A stretch of 64,000 bases of DNA, from NCBI GenBank assembly GCA_022599915.1, contig JAHZLH010000065.1, forward strand, positions 1,155 through 65,154, written 5' to 3'. The notes beneath the pieces are model-generated. The model was not told the DNA's origin and ran no database searches. It was given only the letters and a program-made list of their open reading frames with translations. Both the position numbers and the translations under genes were made by a program. Position 1 is the stretch's first letter; each line of letters starts with the position of its first letter. Source of the stretch: Actinomycetes bacterium (GTDB lineage Bacteria > Actinomycetota > Actinomycetes > S36-B12 > GCA-2699445). Shown piece after piece: positions 18,680-29,143 of this stretch.

Positions 18680-19825
18680 ATGGCTAGCGTAGGGGACGTG
18701 AACGCTAAGCGGCTTGTCGTGATGTTGCTCGCTGCCGTTGGCGGGTTCATCTCCGCGGCGCTGATCTACATTGCGCTGACCAAATCGGTTGATTGGGTCT
18801 GGCATGACAAGGGTGATGGGTCGCTGTGGGGGGAAGCAGGACCGCCGATCTGGTTCGCCATCCTGATTCCCGTGGTTGCTGGCGTTGTGGTGCACGTGCT
18901 GCAGACCAGAGGTGCGCTGTCGCCAGGCCCGCTGGAGGGTCTGGCTCTGGAGATGATTTCCCCGCGGCATTACTTGTGGTTTCTGGGCGCGATCGTAGCC
19001 ACGATGCTTGGTGGGCTAGCGCTGGGGCCAGAGAACGCGGTGCTGGTCACCGCTGGCTTCGTCTCAGCGTTGGCTGGTTCCCGGCTCACTGGCGACCAAG
19101 ATCGGATCGTGAAGTGGACTGGATTCTGGGCACTGGCCGGTCTGTTCTTTGGGGCGTACTTGCTAGGCGGGATTTCGGTGGCTGGCGGGGCGGAGTTTTC
19201 CGCCCAGACGGTCTTGATCGGTCTCGTAGCAGCCGCGTTAACAGCCATTATCTTGCTGGTGGTTCGCTGGGCGGCAGTAAGAATCTTAGGTATCTCGGGC
19301 GGGCGACCGCTGTTGTGGCTCATCGTGACGGCCGGCGCGATGGCGGGTGGTATCGCAGTGATTTATCACCTGATCACTGGCGAGACGGTGTCGCTCGCTT
19401 TGACCAGCGGCGAGCAGATGGTTGGCGAACTGCTGGCGCTCGGATCATTGGGTGCGATAGCCCTCGCTACCTTGGCGAAATCTCTGGTCTACATCATCAC
19501 GTTGAGCACTGGCTTCCGTGGTGGCGAGTACTTCCCCGCGATTTTCATCGGGGCCGGTTCCGGCGGCATCGCGGCCGATCTGTTGGGTGGCTCGCTGCTA
19601 GTCGGGGCGGTAGCAGGCATCTCAGCTGGGGTCGCCTACCTCGCTCATCCGCCGTGGTGGGGGGCGGTAATCCTAGGCCTCGCACTGGGCTTCCTATTCG
19701 GCGGTTGGGCAGCGGTACCCATCTCTATCGCTGCGGCACTGATTGGCTCGGTCGTGCCTCGTGTCGACCCCCCACAACAAGACAAACTGCCCGCGACGCA
19801 GACGAGTCCACCTGCGTCGGGCTAG
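18680..19825 (+). CDS. ClC-family-like ion channel membrane protein
   Basis: 381 aa, ~10 TM helices. GFRGGEYFPAIFIGAGSG resembles the ClC GxFxP/lfiGA selectivity segment. GLALGPENA resembles the G(K/R)EGP segment. Confidence 0.55.
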   Translation: MASVGDVNAKRLVVMLLAAVGGFISAALIYIALTKSVDWVWHDKGDGSLWGEAGPPIWFAILIPVVAGVVVHVLQTRGALSPGPLEGLALEMISPRHYLWFLGAIVATMLGGLALGPENAVLVTAGFVSALAGSRLTGDQDRIVKWTGFWALAGLFFGAYLLGGISVAGGAEFSAQTVLIGLVAAALTAIILLVVRWAAVRILGISGGRPLLWLIVTAGAMAGGIAVIYHLITGETVSLALTSGEQMVGELLALGSLGAIALATLAKSLVYIITLSTGFRGGEYFPAIFIGAGSGGIAADLLGGSLLVGAVAGISAGVAYLAHPPWWGAVILGLALGFLFGGWAAVPISIAAALIGSVVPRVDPPQQDKLPATQTSPPASG

Positions 19826-19830
19826 CAGTT

Positions 19831-21438
19831 TCAGCCGCCGAAGCGCTCGACAAGAGCAGTGGTGTCCGGCGAAGTCCATCTTGGTGGTGGCAAGACCCTA
19901 GCCCATCCGGCCGCTTCGGTATAGCCGTAGACGTGACCGAAGCCCGCGGGAACACTTTGGCTGTCGATCATGTCGCCGCTGACGCCGACAAAGGTGATCA
20001 GCGGCCACCACGACAACTGCGCTAGCACGCCCGGTCCGCGAGGTTCGGTCAACCAGTCCGGCTGCGACCACAGCAGTTCCGGCGCCCACCACACCACCGG
20101 ATCGGAAGCGTTCTGCAAGTAAGCGATTCGGGGTGAAGACCATGTGGTCGCAGGTTCATCGAGTGCGGTGGGCGTATTGGCCCAGCGCAGATTTCGTCCG
20201 TCGTCGTAGACCGGTTGAATCTCAGGAGAGTTCGGTTCTCGTTCGTTGGTGTAGCGGCTCCAAAACGGTGTGCCGTTGGGTGGACCAGCAAGTAGCGCGC
20301 CATCCACTTCGGCGGTCAGTTGATCCAGATCGGAAAAGGGTGCGGTGGCACCAAAAGCCCCCAGGCTCTCACCGAAGATCACGAGTTGCGGCCGATCGTC
20401 GACCGGCAACGTCGACCAGAAGTCATGGACGGTTCGGAATAGCGCTATCGCCTCGTCTTGTGCGGCTTGCTGATCCAGCAGGAAGGACAAGAAGCTGGGC
20501 AGGATGGAGTACTGGGTCGCGACGGTGGCGGTGTCGCCGTTGTACATGTACTCCAACGGCTGCACGGCGCTCTCGTCCACAGTTCCGGTTCCGGTGCTGG
20601 TGCCGACGGCCAGTACATCCCGATCAAAGGCGCCGAATCGCTGCAGTTCAGCCAGCGCCAACTCTGCACGTTGTTGCGGGGTTGGCGCGCTTTCAAATCC
20701 CACGAAGACGCGAATGGGCGGAATCGCAGCAGCGTCACTGAAGTCTGCAATCTGACCGGGGGTGGGAGCGTTGCTCACGAACTGCCGACCATCGGCACCC
20801 AGGTTCTCCCAGGTGACCGCCGAGTCAGACCCACCGGAAACTACAGCACTGGTCGGTGGCGGTTCATCAGTACCGACCGCGTTCATCTGTTGGAAGAGTG
20901 GGTTGAATGCGGCGACTATGCCGGTCAGGGCCCATCCGGTGACAAGAGGGACGAGCAGCAACATCACGACTGCCACAGTGATCCAATGAGCCACGACGGG
21001 GTTTGCCTTGGTTGCCAGCCATCGGTCTAATCCCAAGAACAGTCGACGGATGCCACGACCGATCAGGAGCAACAGCAGCGATAGCAATACTGCAACCAGC
21101 GCAGTCACCAACATCCAGGACAGGTCAGGTGACTCGATGCCGACGAGTTGCGTCAGTTCCTGTTGCCAATAAAGACCCAACCACAACCATGCCACCAGCC
21201 ATAGCAGCGCGACGACGATGCCGATCCGACGTGTGATCACGCGAGCTCGCCAGTCGGGTTGTCGTCTCAATCGTCGGATCAGCCAGCCCAGTCCGGCACC
21301 ACCTGCGTAGCCCAACGCAGCCATTAGTGCCAGCAACAGTCCCTGGATCACGGCTGTGCGAGGAACAAGCGACGGCATGGTTGACAGCGGTGCAAGCAGA
21401 CTGGCGACTGTAGCTCCGGCAAAAGACAAAGGGCGCAT
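19831..21438 (-). CDS. Membrane-anchored alpha/beta-hydrolase family protein
   Basis: 535 aa. An N-terminal ~170-aa block of TM helices is followed by a hydrolase domain with the nucleophile-elbow-like FGESLG. The architecture matches the membrane-bound alpha/beta-hydrolase family. Confidence 0.7.
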   Translation of the reverse strand: MRPLSFAGATVASLLAPLSTMPSLVPRTAVIQGLLLALMAALGYAGGAGLGWLIRRLRRQPDWRARVITRRIGIVVALLWLVAWLWLGLYWQQELTQLVGIESPDLSWMLVTALVAVLLSLLLLLIGRGIRRLFLGLDRWLATKANPVVAHWITVAVVMLLLVPLVTGWALTGIVAAFNPLFQQMNAVGTDEPPPTSAVVSGGSDSAVTWENLGADGRQFVSNAPTPGQIADFSDAAAIPPIRVFVGFESAPTPQQRAELALAELQRFGAFDRDVLAVGTSTGTGTVDESAVQPLEYMYNGDTATVATQYSILPSFLSFLLDQQAAQDEAIALFRTVHDFWSTLPVDDRPQLVIFGESLGAFGATAPFSDLDQLTAEVDGALLAGPPNGTPFWSRYTNEREPNSPEIQPVYDDGRNLRWANTPTALDEPATTWSSPRIAYLQNASDPVVWWAPELLWSQPDWLTEPRGPGVLAQLSWWPLITFVGVSGDMIDSQSVPAGFGHVYGYTEAAGWARVLPPPRWTSPDTTALVERFGG

Positions 21439-21489
21439 CAGATCATTGTCCAGTCACTCGCAGCAGGCGCTGACGGTGGTCGTCACAAT

Positions 21490-23190
21490 CTACTGAGCCA
21501 CGAATCTCTTGACGACGTCGGCGAGATCAGCTCGAGTGAACGGCTTGGAAATGAAATCGTCCATGCCGGCGAGTTGACTGCGCAGTCGATCGGCGTCACT
21601 GGTGAGCGCCGTCAAGGCAATGATGGGAAGCGCGGCCGCTACGAAGCCAGCCTGACCAGCTCTGATTGCCCGAGTAGTTTCGTAGCCATCGAGCCGCGGC
21701 ATACCGACATCCATGAGTACGAGTGCGTATTCGGTCGATCGGTTTAGCATGTCCAGCGCCTCCAGCCCGTCGGCGGCGGTGTCCACCTCAAATCCTAGCG
21801 AGCGAACAATCCCGCTGCCCAGATGACGGGCTACATCGGTGTCATCGACGAGGAGCGCCCGATTTCCCGTTCCCTGACGAGGCGGGGTGGACGGGGTTGC
21901 TGGGATTCGAGTAATGACGCCGTATTTGCCGCCACTGACGGACTCGCTGACAGATCCACCCGCTGCGGACACGATCTGTGACACCAAGGTGTGGCTACTG
22001 ACTCGGTCGGCTTCAGTTGCGGTGACGGAGATGTTGAGGTTGCCGCCGGACAAACTCAGGATCACCCGAACGGGTCCTGAGGTGTTAGCCAACACCAAGG
22101 CCACCGAAGCCTCGAATCCGGCTACCACGGCGGATAGATCAAAGAGCAGTTCCTGTTCGGCGCTTACATCTGTCGTCAACATGATCTCGCGTTGGGAGGT
22201 CGCGAGCAGCTGCGAAAACTCTTGCAGCGAAGGTTCCAGTACTCGGGCTGGTTCGGCTTCGACTGCCACCACCTCTCCGGTGGTGTAGTCCATCAGGTCC
22301 ATCAGGTCGTTGATGCGGGATGTCAGCCGATTTGTTGAGTCGGAGATGATTGCGCAGAGCGATTCCAGTTCAGAGCTCTTGTTAGCTGGTGCGGAATCAA
22401 CGGCATTCCGGATGGCGTGCAACGGCGTCAGCAACTCGTGACTCAAGGTAGCCTGCAGCGACTCCCGGGAGCGTGCTGCCTCATGTGCTCGGCTTCGGGC
22501 TCGGAGCAAGTCTTGGGTACGTTCCTCGACTTGGGCCGCTAAGCGACGTTGCGTTGACTCTCGGTCTTTCGCTCGGTTCTCCCGGTCGATGACGGCACCC
22601 AACTGTTGGCCCATCATCCCGGCACGATCCGGGTAACTGTCATCTGGTTCGGATGCCGTGGGTGCGAGTAGGACGATACTGCCCATCACGCCATCTGCAG
22701 TGAGCAGTGGAAAGCCAGCCGCTGATCCCTCGTCCAGTTCTTCCCCGTCGACGGCGAGTTCCTCCTTGCTTAGATCTGATATCCACAGCGAATCGGCCAG
22801 CGCTAGCGAGGCGATGCCCGCTCGTTTGCTCTTGCCGGTCTGGTGCGCCGCAGTTCCCATGTTGGGGAGGCGGTCCGGATTGCCCACCCGATAGACAGCC
22901 TGCAGCTGAGGATCACCCTCCCCTTCCTCGACGTGCTGCAGCATGAACGCCACGCCGACATCCCAGGGTCCTAAATGCACCAGAATTGGCAATACCTCTC
23001 GCAGCGCATCGGAGGTGCTGTGGGCTTGGTTGGCAACGGCCGCGACTTGAGCGAGCAGATTCAAGTTGCGGTTGGAAAGATATAGCGAGCGAAGCGTTTT
23101 TTCGGCAATCTCTTCAGCCGCTTGCCGAGCTCGACGTTCTCTGTCTAGGCGGCGCCGCAACAGTTGGTCATTATCGTCAGGCGTGGTCAT
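21490..23190 (-). CDS. Hybrid sensor histidine kinase (coiled coil-GAF-HisKA-degenerate ATPase-receiver), H-NOX associated
   Basis: H-box LSHELLTPLHAIRN. C-terminal receiver (LLVDDTDVARH...MDVGMPRLDGYETTRAIR...ALTA..K). ATG at 23190 (MTTPDDND) is preferred over the track start because it overlaps the H-NOX stop by 14 nt. G1/G2 glycine boxes are not recognisable. Confidence 0.8.
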   Translation of the reverse strand: MTTPDDNDQLLRRRLDRERRARQAAEEIAEKTLRSLYLSNRNLNLLAQVAAVANQAHSTSDALREVLPILVHLGPWDVGVAFMLQHVEEGEGDPQLQAVYRVGNPDRLPNMGTAAHQTGKSKRAGIASLALADSLWISDLSKEELAVDGEELDEGSAAGFPLLTADGVMGSIVLLAPTASEPDDSYPDRAGMMGQQLGAVIDRENRAKDRESTQRRLAAQVEERTQDLLRARSRAHEAARSRESLQATLSHELLTPLHAIRNAVDSAPANKSSELESLCAIISDSTNRLTSRINDLMDLMDYTTGEVVAVEAEPARVLEPSLQEFSQLLATSQREIMLTTDVSAEQELLFDLSAVVAGFEASVALVLANTSGPVRVILSLSGGNLNISVTATEADRVSSHTLVSQIVSAAGGSVSESVSGGKYGVITRIPATPSTPPRQGTGNRALLVDDTDVARHLGSGIVRSLGFEVDTAADGLEALDMLNRSTEYALVLMDVGMPRLDGYETTRAIRAGQAGFVAAALPIIALTALTSDADRLRSQLAGMDDFISKPFTRADLADVVKRFVAQ

Positions 23191-23722
23191 GCCACTCGAT
23201 TCGGAGCATGCAACTGGAATCGCCGTTGTGCTGACATTTCGGTTGTGAGATGGAAATCGTCTCACCGAAGTAGTCAGCACAGCCGAACGTCAGTCCCTCA
23301 GCCAGGAAGCAGAGTTGTCGTTGGGATACGTATTCGATGTCCAGCGCACCGGTGCCACTGTCGTGCTGCTGAAATACTGGCACATCCGCTCCCGGGTAAA
23401 GTTTGCGAACTTCTGGGTGGATGACTTCGTTCAGTGACAGGACAAAATTCCGCGCCGAAGTGTGACCGGTAGCCATCTCCGGATAGCGCTGCATCAGCCA
23501 GGGAAAGCCGCGGCGTCCGACGAATCGGACGACATCCGCTGGGGGTAAATCGAGTTTTTCCGAGGCCGCTGTCACGATTGCACTCAACTCATCGACCGAG
23601 TAGTCCCCGAGGGCGGTATAGGCGCCGTCCAGTTCCGCGGCAGCGAGTAGTTCATCCCAGACGTCGGCACCAAACTCGTCCGCGACGGTGTGTTCAACGA
23701 CGTTGAAGATGATCCCTTTCAC
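23177..23722 (-). CDS. H-NOX (haem-nitric oxide/oxygen binding) sensor protein
   Basis: 181 aa stand-alone HNOB domain. It has the N-terminus MKGIIFNVVEHTV...VWDELL, the proximal-His context NEVIHPEVRKLY and the haem-propionate motif Y-V-S-Q-R (YxSxR). The C-terminal ...C.H.G...C.L.IE pattern matches proteobacterial H-NOX proteins. Confidence 0.85.
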   Translation of the reverse strand: MKGIIFNVVEHTVADEFGADVWDELLAAAELDGAYTALGDYSVDELSAIVTAASEKLDLPPADVVRFVGRRGFPWLMQRYPEMATGHTSARNFVLSLNEVIHPEVRKLYPGADVPVFQQHDSGTGALDIEYVSQRQLCFLAEGLTFGCADYFGETISISQPKCQHNGDSSCMLRIEWHDHA

Positions 23723-23974
23723 GAGACTCCCGATCGCTGGTCAGCAGCGGGATTACTGCTGTGGGTCTACGTTATTGCCATCCGGTGTCGTAGTCACCCA
23801 TCTGGCTTCACTAACCGAAAATGGGGGATCGCTGATGGTGACTGACTGCAACTGCGGACTACTCGGCATGGTGGGTATGGCCGTTGGCGAGTGCCTCGCC
23901 GATGCCGTCTCCGACGCCGACACTGTCGTCGGCGGATTCCAGTCGGCCGACGCGCCCGCTAGCAGCTTGTCGTG

Positions 23975-25632
<1,658 letters not shown>

Positions 25633-25770
25633 TGGGACCCTCCAGATCGAGCGTCACTTTAGCCCGGCCGGTTGCCGTAAATACGGTTGGGGTGTCCGAA
25701 TGAGGTACGGATCTCAGGTTGCCGGTGTCGGCGAAGTGCTCCGCGCGGCGATTCCCGCAACAATGCCTGT

Positions 25771-27258
25771 GTGTCGGCATCAACCTTGTGGCTCTTCGGG
25801 GATCAGTTGGGGGACCACTTCCTACCCGACGATCCGGGGCAAGAGATCGTCATCATCGAATCAGCTGCCGTATTTCGGCGCCGTCGCTATCACCGGGCCA
25901 AAGCCCAGTTGATCCTCAGCGCCATGCGCCACCGAGCGGTGGAACTTGGCGATCGGGTTCGTTACATCCGCGCCGACACCTATCAAGATGGCCTCGCCCA
26001 AGTGTCTGGTCCGATTCAAGTGCGTCACCCCACCTCATGGGCCGCACTGCGACTGGTGCAAAAGTTGAGCGATCGGGTGGAGGTAATGCCCGCTGCCGGG
26101 TTCGTTGCAACCCAGCAAGAGTTTCAAGAGTGGGCAGCAGGTCGCGGTAAGAAAAGACTGCTGATGGAGGACTTCTACCGCACGGCTCGGCGGCGGACTG
26201 GACTGCTAATGGATGGCGACCAACCAGTGGCAGGTCGATGGAATTTTGATGCCGATAATCGAGAGCCTCCGCCCAAAGGGGAGCAGCGGTTGGATTTGCC
26301 TGAACCAGCATGGCCAGTCGAAGACGATATCGATGACGAAGTACGCCACGACCTGCAGCAGTGGGAAGCGGCTGGGGTGTCCTTTGCGGGCACGGCAGGT
26401 CCGCGCAGGTTCGCCGCCACTGCCATTGAAGCCGAAGCAGTGCTCGCAGACTTCATCGAACATCGCCTAGGTCTGTTCGGCCGTTACGAAGACGCCATGA
26501 TGGCTGACGACGACTGGATGGCGCACTCACTGTTGTCGGCACCGTTGAATCTGGGGCTATTGGATCCGCTGGCGGTGGCTCGACAAGTGGAAGCCGCCTA
26601 TGTGTCGGGTGAGGCGCCGTTGGCGGCGGCGGAGGGATTTATCCGACAAGTCGTGGGTTGGCGGGATTACGTCTGGCATCTGTACTGGTATCTCGGCGAG
26701 GAGTACCGAGAGGGAAACTACTTCGGCGCCACGAAGGAGTTGCCGGACTGGTGGCAAGACTTGGATGCTGACTCCGTCGATGCGGCTTGTCTGTCCGACT
26801 CGTTGCGAAAGACCCGTGACTTTGGTTGGGCGCACCACATTGAGCGGCTGATGGTGCTGGGGAGTTGGGCACTTCAGCGTGGCTACGATCCGCTGGCGCT
26901 CAACGATTGGTTTCGGCGCAACTATGTCGATGGTTATGACTGGGTCATGGTTCCCAATGTGGTGGGCATGTCGCAGTACGCCGACGGCGGAGTCATGGCC
27001 ACCAAGCCCTATACCTCGGGTGGGGCTTATATCAACCGGATGAGTAATCACTGTCGTGGTTGTCGCTATCGGCCTGGCAATCGACTGGGGGAGCAGGCGT
27101 GTCCCTTTACTGCTGGCTACTGGGATTTTCTGGCTCGCAATGCGGAAATTCTGGCGGGTAATGCTCGACTGAAACAGCCATTGGCCGGCTTGCGCCGATT
27201 GAGTGATCTGGTTGAGCTGCGTGAGCAAGAAGCTGCTCGCGGTGACGCTGCGCCGTAG
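25771..27258 (+). CDS. Cryptochrome/photolyase-family protein of the Fe-S bacterial (FeS-BCP / (6-4) photolyase PhrB-like) type
   Basis: The N-terminus LWLFGDQL is typical of the family. Cys pattern C...C-x2-C-x12-C (AACLS ... NHCRGCRYRPGNRLGEQAC) matches the 4Fe-4S ligands of this clade. The GTG at 25771 is chosen over the track start 25687, and the start remains uncertain. Confidence 0.8.
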   Translation: MSASTLWLFGDQLGDHFLPDDPGQEIVIIESAAVFRRRRYHRAKAQLILSAMRHRAVELGDRVRYIRADTYQDGLAQVSGPIQVRHPTSWAALRLVQKLSDRVEVMPAAGFVATQQEFQEWAAGRGKKRLLMEDFYRTARRRTGLLMDGDQPVAGRWNFDADNREPPPKGEQRLDLPEPAWPVEDDIDDEVRHDLQQWEAAGVSFAGTAGPRRFAATAIEAEAVLADFIEHRLGLFGRYEDAMMADDDWMAHSLLSAPLNLGLLDPLAVARQVEAAYVSGEAPLAAAEGFIRQVVGWRDYVWHLYWYLGEEYREGNYFGATKELPDWWQDLDADSVDAACLSDSLRKTRDFGWAHHIERLMVLGSWALQRGYDPLALNDWFRRNYVDGYDWVMVPNVVGMSQYADGGVMATKPYTSGGAYINRMSNHCRGCRYRPGNRLGEQACPFTAGYWDFLARNAEILAGNARLKQPLAGLRRLSDLVELREQEAARGDAAP

Positions 27259-27321
27259 CGAGATATTCGGCAAGATTTCGAATAGCAGGACACCGCACCA
27301 GCGGTGCGCTACTTTCTCGCC

Positions 27322-27747
27322 ATGAGCGTTAAAGACTCCAAATCAGTAACTGTCAATGCATCAGCCGCGGACGTACTCGCCAAACTGGGGGACGTCGACA
27401 ATCAGGACACCTGGTTCCCCGGCTGTATCGAGAGCGAAGTCCTCGAGACCGATGATCAGGGTCGCGTGAAGCGGGCCCGGCTCATCAACGATGCCAAGGT
27501 CACCAAGGACGAGTTCCAGCTCGACTACACCCACACCGACGACGGCATGGCGTGGACTCTCGTTGAGCCGACCAAGGTGCAAAAAAGCCAGGCCGGTTCC
27601 TGGACAGTCGTGGACAAGGGTGGCAAGTCCGAGTGCACGCTGGAACTGGAAATCGACACCAGCATGCCGCTGCCCGGCTTCATTCAGAAGAAGACGTTGA
27701 AAGACACCCTGAAGAACGCCACAAAGGCCCTCGGCGAACAGTTCTGA
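27322..27747 (+). CDS. SRPBCC (START/polyketide-cyclase-like) family protein
   Basis: ~141 aa with size and beta-rich pattern typical of SRPBCC ligand-binding proteins. Start 27304 (GTG) or 27322 (ATG). Confidence 0.55.
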   Translation: MSVKDSKSVTVNASAADVLAKLGDVDNQDTWFPGCIESEVLETDDQGRVKRARLINDAKVTKDEFQLDYTHTDDGMAWTLVEPTKVQKSQAGSWTVVDKGGKSECTLELEIDTSMPLPGFIQKKTLKDTLKNATKALGEQF

Positions 27748-27848
27748 GTTAACTCACCATTCGGCTCGGCTGGGCCGATACTAGAGTTGCCCGATAGCCT
27801 GGTGGGGCCTGCCTGGGATAGTGGCGGGCCCTACCGGGAGGGTGACTG

Positions 27849-29021
27849 TTGACCAACCAGCCAATCGATCCTGCATCGCTTTACAACATTGACGCGGTGC
27901 TGTCCGAGCAAGAACGCCAAGCGCGGGAAGCAGCTCAGACATTCGTCTCCGAGTTCATCCGGCCAGACGTCGCCTCCTGGTATGACAGCGGTAACCCACC
28001 AGTACGAGACCTCGCCAAGCAACTTGGGTCGCGCGGCATATTGGGGATGCACCTCACCGGCTACGGTTGCGCCGGCGCTACTGCCACCGAATACGGACTC
28101 TCCTGTCTGGAGTTAGAAGCGGGTGACTCTGGAATCCGATCCCTGGTCAGCGTCCAGGGTTCACTGGCTATGCATGCTATTCACGCTTACGGTGCCGAAA
28201 GTTTGCGCCAACAGTGGCTGCCCGGTTTGGCCGCTGGCAATCTGATTGGGTCGTTTGCGCTGACAGAGCCTGACGTGGGGTCCAACCCGGCGGAGATGCG
28301 GACCGCCGCGCGACAGGACGGCAGCGACTGGGTGTTGACAGGCGAAAAAGCCTGGGTAACGAACGGACCAGTTGCCGACGTGATCGTCGTCTGGGCCAAT
28401 AGTCCCGACGGCGTGCGGGGCTTCGCCGTCCCCGCTTCGACGACAGGAGTTGAACTCGTTGATGTTCCGGGGAAAATGTCGCTGCGGGCCTCCGCCACAG
28501 CGCACCTTCGCCTCACGAATGTGCGAGTGCCTGCGGACGCGCTGCTCGACGTTGTTGGGCTGCGTGGGCCGCTGTCGTGCCTGAATGAGGCGCGGTTCGG
28601 AATCGTCTTCGGTGCGCTAGGCGCGGCTCGGGATTGTCTGCAATCTGCGCTGGACTATTCACTCACCCGAAAACAGTTCGATAAGCCGATCGCCGGCTTT
28701 CAGTTGACCCAACAGAAGTTGGCCGACATGGCTGTAGCCCTGGGTAACGGCATGCTGCTGGCAGTGCACTTGGGGGGACTCAAGGAGCAGGGGGCGTTAC
28801 GACCGCAGCAGATCAGCGCTGGCAAGTTGAACAGTGCCCGGACTGCCCTCGACATAGCGCGCAAGTCTCGAACCATTTTGGGAGCCAATGGCGTGACCGC
28901 AGCTCACCCGGTAATGCGCCATGCGAACAACTTGGAATCGGTGGTCACCTACGAGGGCACTGCGGAGATGCACACCCTCGTAGTGGGGCAGGCATTGACC
29001 GGAATTGCGGCATTTGAGTAG
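27849..29021 (+). CDS. Acyl-CoA dehydrogenase (glutaryl-CoA dehydrogenase-like)
   Basis: 390 aa with ALTEPDVGSNPAEM and C-terminal YEGTAEMHTLVVGQALTG motifs of the ACAD family. TTG start. Confidence 0.9.
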   Translation: MTNQPIDPASLYNIDAVLSEQERQAREAAQTFVSEFIRPDVASWYDSGNPPVRDLAKQLGSRGILGMHLTGYGCAGATATEYGLSCLELEAGDSGIRSLVSVQGSLAMHAIHAYGAESLRQQWLPGLAAGNLIGSFALTEPDVGSNPAEMRTAARQDGSDWVLTGEKAWVTNGPVADVIVVWANSPDGVRGFAVPASTTGVELVDVPGKMSLRASATAHLRLTNVRVPADALLDVVGLRGPLSCLNEARFGIVFGALGAARDCLQSALDYSLTRKQFDKPIAGFQLTQQKLADMAVALGNGMLLAVHLGGLKEQGALRPQQISAGKLNSARTALDIARKSRTILGANGVTAAHPVMRHANNLESVVTYEGTAEMHTLVVGQALTGIAAFE

Positions 29022-29143
29022 TTAGCCCGCCAGCGTGCGGGAAAAATGTGTGGTGGGAGTCACCGAAATTGTGTCCCCCGACCGTTTCTACGCCCTTACC
29101 ATAGTCAAGTTGTGGCCTATGTGGTCGCAGGCAGGGGTGCGGC

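Noticed and set aside
18826-20025. 399-aa Arg/Gly/Trp-rich ORF spanning the ClC-like gene and the end of the hydrolase gene.
   Set aside because: It is out of frame with a convincing polytopic membrane protein. Its composition (RG/GR/W runs) is that of a frame-shifted GC-rich sequence, and it crosses a convergent gene boundary.
25633-25770. GlnR (gTnAc-n6-GaAAc) boxes upstream of amt.
   Set aside because: Only partial half-site matches (e.g. GTGAC at ~25651 on the minus strand) without correctly spaced GAAAC partners. Not supportable by eye.
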